From contig KZ538268.1 of the NCBI GenBank assembly GCA_000934665.2, positions 1-64,000 of the forward strand: a DNA stretch of 64,000 bases, written 5' to 3'. The position numbers were made by a program, and so were the translations under genes. Under the pieces are notes generated by a model. The model saw only the letters and a list, made by a program, of their open reading frames with translations, ran no database searches and was not told the DNA's origin. Source of the stretch: Catajapyx aquilonaris. Taxonomy: Eukaryota. This document shows, one piece after another, positions 38,001 through 49,200 of the stretch (the stretch's first letter is position 1; every line of letters starts with the position of its first letter).

Positions 38001-41000
38001 CTCTCTTTCTCACTGGCAAAAATATCAGTCCTTGATCTGAATATAGCGGAAACCTATCCATTACGGATTTTTTTTTGGGTCCCGTGCGAATCCGCAATAC
38101 ACAGGTTTCACTGTACAGTCCCGCTCATAAAGAATGGTACGACTCTATGGACGATGTGTGTATTCTGACTATCCAGCATTACTCCCAACCTGATTTCGTC
38201 GCTCCACTATGGACGACTTGTCCTAGATCTCTGGCGACCCATATGACCCCCTCCCTACTTTTTCTGAAATTTTTAATTACCAAAATGTTCAACCTGGTAC
38301 AATGCTCACATAGATTTGAGATGAATTTCCCCCCTTAAATTTTCTTACTTTGCATTGTTTTTTTTTTTCTTCTCTTTTTTTCTTGATTTTAATTGCCTTT
38401 TCCCACCCTTCCTCATGACCCCTAAAAACATGCTGGTGATCAGACCCGGCCCTGGGGGGGGGCGAAAGGGGCCCCTGCCCCAGGCCCCGCGCTGGGGAAG
38501 GCCTCGCGCTTGGGAAGACACCGGGAAACTTACGGAATTGTACAAAACTGAGAAATCCCCGCATATATTGTAATTCTTTCATTGTCCTACTAAAAAATTA
38601 AAAAATTAAAAAATTAAAAAATTAAAAAATTAAAAATCCTTCCTGCATCATAATTATGCCAGATTCTTGAAACGAACACGTCTGGTAAAAATGACCCCCC
38701 CCCCTCCCCCCCCACCTCCACCCACCCAAACTGTGTTATCTGATAACAACATGTGCTAGCCTTCACCTCCGATAATAAGTGCAGCGAGGTACACCCTTGC
38801 TTCTCCCTCAGTGGGGTCTCCCTCCCTAATTACAGCCAGGCTCCGCGCTTCCAAAAATCCCAATTATTCATTACTAATTAATTTTTTTTTGAAAAAGTGC
38901 TACCAATTTCATCAATACACACCCATTCAACTCTACCACATTCAACTAAGCTTGTGTAACCTTGAACCCCCCAAAAAATATCGCCTGCGCCGGGCTTTTG
39001 CTCCCCATCCTCTACTGCTTGTGGGCCCGCACCCGGAAATTTTCGGCCTACGCCACTCAGTTGTACGTTATTAGAGAAAGTCAGCCAACTTAATTTTTGG
39101 ATACGCAATTCGTGCTGTTCATAAATTCACTCACTGAGAATTGGCCCTGCATTTAGCTCTTGTCCTAGGCCCCCCACCCACCTAGGGCTGGCCCTGCTGG
39201 TGATCCAGGGGTTGGGAACAGAATAAACATTTTGTCCATAGAGTAGTACCATTCATGAGCGGTACTGTCCCTACAGGCAATAAAAAATATCAACACTTCC
39301 TTTCGGTACAGAAGCAAATGCACTGGAAATTTCACTAAAATTAATAGGCTATTTTCCTGTTTACCACATCTGTGTGAATACACTTTAGAAATGTCACTTA
39401 AAAACAGTGCCTTTTGTCTGCCAGGCTGCTATGCTAGTCATGCAATGAAAGCAATGAATATCTGGCATGCAAAATAACCATGCTGTAAGCCAAGAGCAGC
39501 AATTGCCTGACACGTAATAACTAAACACTGAACCGTACCTCTCCGTCCACATATCCTTGCATCCCCATGTTACTGACCACTGGTGGCTGCTGTGACATCA
39601 TGGCCATGTCATAGTACTGTGTTTGGCCCTGCTGCTGCTGCTGGACCATAGCCATGTACTGGGTTGCATCCGTGGTGGTGGTGGTGGCAGTAGAGGAAGA
39701 CGTGGGTGGGCCATACATATACTCTCCATAATATTCACCATTCTGGGAAGGATAGCCAGGGGCAGGGATGCCTGCGGGAAGCATAGTCAACTGGGTGGGC
39801 TGTGCACCAGATGCCTGTAGCCACACAGATGGCATGGGATTGGCGCACTGAAATAGGAAGACATTGTTAGAATCTTTAAATCACGTGACCAGCATATGCA
39901 ATGACATGCAAACATCATTAGAGCAAGATGTTTCATCACTGCAAACCAACACTACAGACGCTAAGCATTACCATCTCCGTTTGCGCTCATGACAGTTCAA
40001 TCTTTAAAGCGACACTGCACTTCTTCAAAATGTTGCGCCCAAAAAATTTGCTTAAAGAAACCTTGAAGCCAAGGGTACAACAAGGTTTTTCTCATTACTG
40101 AAAAATAAGCTCAGGATGAAGAGGGTGTTGGGAAATACATGCCATCTATTGTAGTGGGTTCATCAAGTGAGGTGACAGCTACATCAGTAAAGTCATGAAC
40201 CAGACTTTTTTAAATCAATGAAATTGCCTGGATGTGAAAAAGCAATTTACTCCCTAATTATCTCCCTGCATCCTCACAATTTTTTAAAAAGCCCAACTTG
40301 CCAAGAAGTACAATGTCCCTTAATATATTATTGATCTTGGTAAAAAAATGCATGTTCATTGCTCATTTTATATACAAAGTAAGCAGGTCTTGCTGCATTT
40401 CAAAATTAATAATCACGTCCCACAAAAACAATACACTAAAGAAACAGCGTACAATCATGCCTCCTTATATAAAGCCACTGAAGCCTAATGAAAATCTTTA
40501 ATCCTTCATAAAATCTGAATCTCTTTTGGCACAAATTACGATAATTTTTATTGAATGTTGTTCCTAAACCTATTTTTTTTAAATTCCTCCTTACAGCTCA
40601 TGTAAAATCTGGGTTTGAAAATAGCAAATTTGTCATTTTTTCATGCTTAACCCCGATATGCCTGAATTACTTTTCATTGAATTTGTTCTTATTAGTTCAT
40701 AATAGTTCACAAAACAACAATTGAGGTATAACATTTAATGAAAATTTCATTTGCAAGAAAATGGCCGTCCCTTTTATGGGATGCTAGGAAAATGTAACAT
40801 GTAGTATTGTAGTATATTATGGCTATAATAGTTGTTGATTACATTACCATGGTAACAATGACTTTCAATAACATCGTGAATAACATCAATGTTGCCACAA
40901 TATGAATCATGATTGATTGTTGTTGAATAAATTCCCATGGCAACAGGCTGAATGGGTTGTAATCAACGACAATCATCATTGTTGCCATGGTACAGTGGTG

Positions 41001-44000
41001 GAAATTAATAGATATCCATAAATTAGTATAACCATCTTGGTGGAGTTTTCCTTCTACAGTCTACATCAGTGCTTCCCAAATTGTGGGTCGCGACCTCATT
41101 TGGGGACGCGAATATAATATTTGGGGTCGCGAGGGAGGGTAACAAATTATTTTCACAAAATGATGCTATCTTTCTTGAAAATCATGACCATAAGGTAAGA
41201 CCATATCACTGTTTACCTGTCTTTTCATGTTGACGGATCGAAATGTGCACATATAGGGGGTCACAAATTTTACGAGACGATTTATTGGGGTCACCAACGA
41301 AAGAAATTGGGAAGCACTGGTCTACATGAAGCAGCTTCATGTGGAGCAATGGTGGCTTGGGTGCAGTTTAGAGCCGCAAAAATCTTGCAGGTTTCTATAC
41401 ATTTTCTGAATCTACTCGATGAGCTGAGTCGAATGACACTATTCCTAGTGTGCGGAAATGTTTGGTTCAAGAGTAATTGAATTTTGAAATTGCATGTCAT
41501 AACAATGAATAAAATGAAAGTAAACAAGTGTTCCTTTGTTGAGACTGTTCACTCCCATTGTTGCGTCAGGTGATTCTCCGTGGAAACGTGCTGTGAGGGA
41601 TGCTGAATGATGTAAATAAACGGTTGTTCTTGGTTCGTTGGACATAGAACGAGAGTGTAGGAGTTTAATTTAACATCATTCAGGAGCGTCCATGGCCGAG
41701 GCATTGCATCGGTGCTTATCAGGAATAATTGGGCAAGCCTTCCTGGAAGTAATGAGGGAGGTTGCTTGGTATCTCCTGGGCCACTGCTCGAGGCCTCTTG
41801 CCCGCCAACAAGTGTTGCCGTAAAATGAATCCTAAGCTTTTACTCAAGGCATGCCCCACTCTGATTGTGTTGGGTGTTATCTGTGAGGCGTTGGTGTGAC
41901 CGCACCAGTACTGTCCGTCTTGTGGCCCTGCCAGGCACGGAACGACGCCTGTGCGTGATATTTTTTGTTTTTGCGGAGCGACAGCGGAGCTGGGCGCTTA
42001 CTGTGGGTTTCTGTATCCGCAACATTTACTGTCCGTCTTGTGGCGCCGCAGGCCAACGAACGTTATTGTGGCTTTGCCACATCCACATCCGCAACACCCA
42101 CATCTACGCCACCACAAGGCGGACAGTATTTCTGCGAACACACAACCCCCAAACTACGTTTAAAATTACCATGGATATTCATTCACTCAACAATGGGAGT
42201 AAACTGTTTCAACAAAGGAACACTTGTTTATTTTCATTTATTCATTGTTATTACTTGCAATTTCAAAATTCAATTACTCCTGCACCAAGCATTTCTGCAC
42301 ACTAGGAATAGTGTCAATCGACTCATCTCATCGAGTAGATTCAGAAAATATATAGAAACCTGGAAGACTTTTGCGACTCTAAACTGCACCCTTACCGCAA
42401 TGGTTCCCAACTTGCGGGCCACGAGGCCCCTCGAAGTGGGCTGCGAGCTTTAAATGTTTTTGTAAACTATAACATGATCTTGCGAAATGAGTTGAAAGAG
42501 CACGGTATGTAAAAAAAAAATGAACAAAATCCTGCACGCCACTTAGTTCTTAACACAGAAATGACAAATTCCTGATTAATTTCTTTTTGGAAAAAGTGCT
42601 ACCAATTTCAACAAATACACACCCATTCAAATCTCCCACATTCACCTAAGCTCGAGTGACCTTGAACCGCCCAAAAACTTCCACCATTTTATAAAATGCC
42701 CGCCCCCGAAAAAAATCCTGGGTGCGCCACTGGGCTCATTAGGTGGGCCGCGAGATATTTTCCCTATCTGATGTGGGCCGCGACCAAAAAAAGGTTGGGA
42801 ACCACTGATGTAGAGGGAAAACTCTCACAGATGGCCATACTTGTGGATATCCATTAATTTCCACCACTGTACCCCATCACCAGGTAATCTTGTTTTAAAT
42901 ATAGGGATTCATTAAAATACAGTTCAACACAATGAGCAAAATTGATTCACATATTTTCCTTGTCCTAATGTAGTGCATTTGCTTAGTGTCCCCCTTAGGA
43001 CAAAAAAAACTTAGAATTATGGATGTTCCAGTTATAAAAGTTCCACTGCATTTGGAACAACATTCATTTAATGCCATTACAATCCCACGTTTCTACATGT
43101 AGGGGTAAGGTCGAGTTTCCAGGCAACCCACTTAGAAAGTGAATCTTACAACTGAACTTATGCAGATGTTTTTTTTTCTTCAAAAGTACTGCAGTACAAG
43201 TGTTTGATCAACAAGAACTAAAAAGTTCAACTGCGTGATACAATGAGGCCACAGAACTGCATTGACACAGTGGAGATGTAAGCTTTCTTAAGCCAGTAAC
43301 ACAGTTGTTGCCAAAGTTGTTGCTATACAGGTCTTCCCCATTTTAGGATGGGGTTAGGTCCCACAAAGACAGGGTCATATGGAAAAGTTTTAGACAGAGA
43401 TCAAATTATAATATAACTGAATGGGATAGGTTCCAAAATTCCCCACATTTTCCCAGTTACAGTACTAATATTTCTGTTTTATATGCCAAGTAATCTGAAG
43501 AATGTACTTGTTGTTCACTTGTTTAACCCCTTCGGCCCCAGATCGGCCTGAACCACACAGTTTTTGGCTTACGCGTACTCTGAAGATACGGACAAGATAT
43601 TTTGCAAATAATAACAGCTATACTTACGAGATCTGGGAAAACCCTATGAATGTGTCTGGAACCATTTGACTCGTCTAGAAGTCCCTAAATTAATTTCCAA
43701 AAAGGGGCTACAATAACTCGAAATTGGACTTCTGCCGCCCAACTTTTAGGCTGATTTGATTATGAAATGCGTGAAAATATGCGGAATAACAACCATGAGA
43801 ACCATTCCAGACGAATTTGCCGAAATCGTCGTACTTTGCGAGAAATAAATTAATATTTATTTGCGGCTTTCTAGCACTTAGGAAAAATCCTAAATGAGTA
43901 TGAGATGAATTTTTTGAAATCGTCGTACTTCATGAGAAACAAATAAATTTGGGAGTTTTCCGAAGTTTTCCGAAGTGCCAGAAAGCCGCAAATAAGTATT

Positions 44001-46227
44001 AATTTATTTCTCGCAAAGGACGACGATTTCAGCAAATTCCTCTGGTATGGTTCTCAAAGTTGTTATTCCGCATATTTTCACGCATTTCATAATTAAATCA
44101 GCCTAAAAGTTAGGCGGCAATAGTCCAATTTCGAGTTATTATAGCCCTTTTTTGGAAATTAATTTAGGGACTTCTAGACGAGTAAAATGGTTCCAGACAT
44201 ATTCACAGGGTTTTCCCAGATCTCGTAAGTATAGCTGTTATTATTTGCAAAATATCTTGTCCGCATCTTCGGAGTACGCGTAAGCCAAAAACTGTGTGGT
44301 TCGGGCCGATCTGGGGCCGAAGGGGTTAATGGGAAGCTACAAGTTGAGGATCATCTGCTTCTGAGGGTTCCTTTCCCTTCATTGTCAAGAACTGCTCTGC
44401 AGTAGTGTATTGTAATATTGGCTACAGCAATTTAGGGAGTGCAGAGAGCAATAATACAGTACTGAATACACCAAGGAAACAAAAGAAGTGTCTACTGTGA
44501 GTTTGGACTTGAAATATTTGTTGTGGCAGTTTTTCACATTTTGATTTTTCGTTTTGTCAAGGCAATTTTTAAAAAGCAACGCTAATGTGAAATGTAAAAT
44601 GGACCATCCTAAATCTGGAGCTACCTGTACTTTGGTTGTACCTAATTGTTGTAGCTGGGAAAATTTATTTGCAAGTCGAGACTGAATTGAAAAATAAGCT
44701 CCAACTGGGCTACTTGTAACCACAAGAGAAAAAACCTGTCACAAAGGTAGTCATTAAACAACAACCATTGAAAATGTGGTGAAGGAGGTTATACTATCAA
44801 AATGTACAAATTCTAAGCAATCCAACTAAATCATGCCTGATGAATCTGACTACTTCATGCTAAACGGTTGATGTTGAAGTATACAAGCATGCTCTTCACA
44901 TATAAAATGTGACATCGCACCTTGTTGACACATTAAATTTTCCTCCAAGTCCACCCAGCATATGACATGGCCGCTCAGAAGGAGCAGTCATGAACCAGGT
45001 AGTGGGGCGGAAGATGAGGAGGAGGAGGTGCCACCAAGGTCAGGGCAGCACCATCCATAATCTGCAATTTCCACCAATGGGAGGAAAACAATGCATTGCA
45101 AATGCATAGTACTTGCCTCAGATAGTACTGTGCACCATAGAACAATTTGCGCCAACAAGTGCCTTGTGTCTAAGCCACTACATGAAGGTTCCAACTGCAC
45201 ACACTTCTTTCCTTCAACCACATAAACAATGGATAAAAACAGCATGCATCCCTTGCCATCCAGAAAATCTGGGGCACAATTGGCACATTTCCCTCCTAAA
45301 GTGGACTCTACACAGTCAATCCGACTCTCTTCGACTCGGAGACATCTGCTGTTCGATGTCTGATGTTCGAAGGTGGAGGGCTACGTTCTTGTGAAGGGTG
45401 GGGGCAAAGTTTGTTTACTATGTGTTTACTAGCCAATCAGAGAGCCGGGATGAGTCGAACAGTGATTCACACAGTCAATCTGACATTTTGCCCCACCCAC
45501 TCTCCCGTCTCCGACCTGCCTAGGTGACCTGAGCTGGCCTCCCTGGCTCCGACGCGGAATGTTATTTACACAGAAGGTTCAATGGTCGATTGATTGATTG
45601 ATTGATTGACGGTTTAAAGGCGCAACAGCAGCAATGGCTATACTGCGCCAAACACCTGTGACGTTGTAGGGGAGGGCAGGCAATACCACCCCAACCCCAA
45701 CATTAACTGAACCGAAGGTTCAATGGTCGAAGTCAGAGTCGGATCGACTGTGTAGACACCACTTAATGCTACTTCTCATCTTACTCCGGGTCCAGTAACA
45801 ATAGCAACAGTATTATAGCCATATTACCTAGCCTTGGCTACTTCCAAACATCATGAAATGTTACACAACAGCCATTTGATGCCACAGAGAATGTGCTAAA
45901 ATATTACCCCATGTGCCAGTCAGATGTATTCAATAATTTTTTTCCATGATTGGTTCATGATATTTTAAATTCTCCTTCGACCTTATTAATAAATTACCGA
46001 CATTCACTTGATACTATTACTTGATATCACTGCAGTTTTCATGACAAATAAGCAAGCCATTCACAAACCAGCAACACTTGTGTTGCCGCTGCATTCATAC
46101 AGCTCAAATCCTTATTGCTGCTGCAGTGGTATTTTTAGAGTTATTTAAGAGGTCACAAATTTTAACAAAGTGTGAAACATAACCCACATATAATTGCAGA
46201 TTGTGAATGGTGGCTGAGGCTGCTAGC

Positions 46228-46289
<62 letters not shown>

Positions 46290-49200
46290 CCCCCATTGAG
46301 AGAGGACAGTGCTCTTTTAGGGGGGTGGAACAGCACCATTTTTCAGTCAATTTTCTGTATATTTTCTTTGAACTCCGTGCAGGGAAGAAAGGACATGAGG
46401 TAGGGATGGGGATTGTTGGGATGGAGACAAGGGTGCTGATGCAATGTCTGAAACGGGGTCATGTGCAGTCTCCCTGGAGGTTAGGTTGCCAGACACCTTC
46501 AAGGTGCGGGTCAGAGACCCTCCTGACCCAGGCGAAAGGGAACTCCCAGGCAGGGATCGAACCCGGGACCTTCTGCTCAGCAAGTCGGGTCATTACAACT
46601 CGGCCACCATGCCTCCCCAATTTTATTAATAGGTCACCCTGTACATGGAAAAGGCCATGAAGGTAACTGTACAAATGTTTCTACTCCCATCACCACCCTC
46701 ATCTCCACAACCAAATGCAATCTATGATTAACACTGCATGTGTTGGCCACCCTGCTACATACCAACTACAGGTCAGGCAAAACCCTAGCCAAGCAACATT
46801 CCATTTGAGCAGGGCCTTGTGCCAAATAGCAGTGCTAGAAAAAAACTCAGGGCATTAAAAAAAATCCTCCCCTATTTCTAACCTAAAGCTCTAGAGTGAA
46901 TTGCCCACATCTTCCCTCACTTCCCTAAACATGAAATCCATATCACCATGAAATATAGCAGCATCAACTATGACATGCCTCTACCTCCAAAAAACATGTA
47001 TAAAATATGGTTCCAAAAGGGGCAATTGTCACTGCCAAAATTAGGATTTAAAAATCAGGTCATAAAAATAGCATGGGGAGTGATACATTCAGTATTGGAA
47101 ATCCAGGATTCTGCTTTCCCTTTCTCCCACCCCTGCATTTCTTTTACAGTCTTCATTTTAAAGTCAGACACATCTAAAGACTTGTTCAAGTCTAGTCAGA
47201 CGTAAAATATCCTGTTATGTCACAACAGATGAGTTTCAACGGCCTACCACAAATTTCATGTAGTCATAGCCACACCCCTCTTTGGCAAAGGATGGGGCTT
47301 GGGGGTGAAGAGAGGAGGGACCTCCAAGTCTCATGAAAATAGAGCCTGCTCTAATTTCGGGAGATTTGTTACAAGTAGTTGCATGAAAGGTGATGCTGTT
47401 GGACACACGAGATTTTTGTTACCCAAGACAAATCGCAGGTAGTTTGCTTCACGTGTGACCATGGCCATGTGCAAAACGCATCCAAGTAATTTTCTGAGTA
47501 ATACTGTATAAAATGACTTGCTATGGATTGCATGCTGTATGTTCTGGAAATATTCATGGTATTTTTCTTGCCTTGTTGTTTATTAGTGATATGTTGTTTT
47601 TGCAATAAATGGAGCCCTTTAAATGAGGGCAAGCTGAACAGCATGTGCATTGGAGAAGTACCAGATGCTAGACCCAGTACACAGCAAGTGCAGCACAGTA
47701 CAGGACTTATCTGGTGTGCACATTAAGAAAATCGCTTCAAAATATGTCCCAAGTGTCATGGTGATAGTGGAAATAATGTATTTTCATGAAAGTGTGCAAA
47801 GGATGATGCCACCCACTATACAAAGTTCACCAGCAACCATCACACCCTTACGCTACCAGGATTCTCCAGTGTATTTCCATTTTCAAGTGCAGAAAACACA
47901 CCATGAAAATACGCCATGCGAAGAACAGGCTCTGCTTGCCTATAAATTATGGATGTACAGTACGTCAATTGCTTATTCATTGCATTATAATCATTACTAT
48001 TTGCTGTCAATCGCTATGCCATCAATACCCTCCATTATTCATTCCAATCACAATAAGTATCTTTATCTCTCGCAAGCCATCATGTGGGAATGGACCCATA
48101 TGTCCATGATGTGGCCTTGACCTCCCTGCCCCAGATAGAGAGATTGTGTTGGGTTGTGTTCCACAGAAGCACATTCCCATTTTTACATCAGCCCACAAGG
48201 TCCACCAATAAATGGACTACATTATTGCAGTGGCTATAACTAAATGCATGAGAATTAGCATCCATATCATCATGTAGGCCTACTGTTTTCAAGTAAATAA
48301 AAAATACAAAATTGGATCCCGTATGAAAAGAAAAGCTAATGAGCCTTTCTTTTGCCACGAAAATCATTGATAAAGCACATGTGGAGTTTGTCAATTTTTT
48401 TTTCTACATCCCCATTAGTGGAGCATATATTTTTGCATTTTCTGACTGACAATCCAAAAGACACCTGCAATAATGGCACACTTACAACTTTGTTTAACCC
48501 TACGATGGTGATGTCCAAAAAGTTCTCCCACCAGTGGGCACTTTTTGTGACCAAGTCACATGTTCAGTCATAGAATGGTAAATGTAATAAATTTGGGCTT
48601 TTGTCTGTGAGACAATCATGGCTTGATTCCTTCTTTGATAAATGGCATTCAGTTTATATTTTATGAGCAAATAGTACGATTAGGTGAAAATAAATAATGC
48701 ACTGACGCATAGTTGGGGCCATATTGTGCACATGTCACTGAGGCTGGACCGATTTCCTTTCGAGAGTCGGCAGTCAGTGCTCGTTAGGGGTTGTTGTCTA
48801 TCTTCCAAAGTCGCTGGAAGACTGGCTTCATTTCAGAATAGCTTTCGATTTCCGAGTGTTCATAAATCACTGCCGATAAGCTCAGGCCCCCCTTGGAAAG
48901 CAGGAGGTGAATCAATCTTGCAATGTAGTCTTGGCCCCAACTATGCATTGGTGTATTATTAATTTTTTCCTGGTCGTGCCATAGGCTTGAAAATTTTTAA
49001 CTAAACATTGTTAATAACAGAGAAATCAAACAAAGATGATCTCAAAGGTCAAACTCAAATGTGCTATATTTTCCATGTTATAATAAAAAAGTGGCCTTGG
49101 TCACAAAAAGTGTCTGTGCTACTGCCTAAGGGTTAACCACATGGGTAAACCATAAATATTTCACAACAGCAGCACAGTGACATGCATTTGCCTCCTGAGA

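Larger units (their letters stand above)
40993..42869. mobile_element. Tc1-like MITE carrying nested insertions
   Basis: ~65-bp inverted ends cagtggtggaaattaat.gatatcca...gagttttcc.tctaca; TA at 40991-92 and 42870-71. Confidence 0.75.

Noticed and set aside
41865..42453. 146-162-aa ORFs as a transposase
   Set aside because: No DDE or other transposase motif; they run into the inverted arm of a non-autonomous element.
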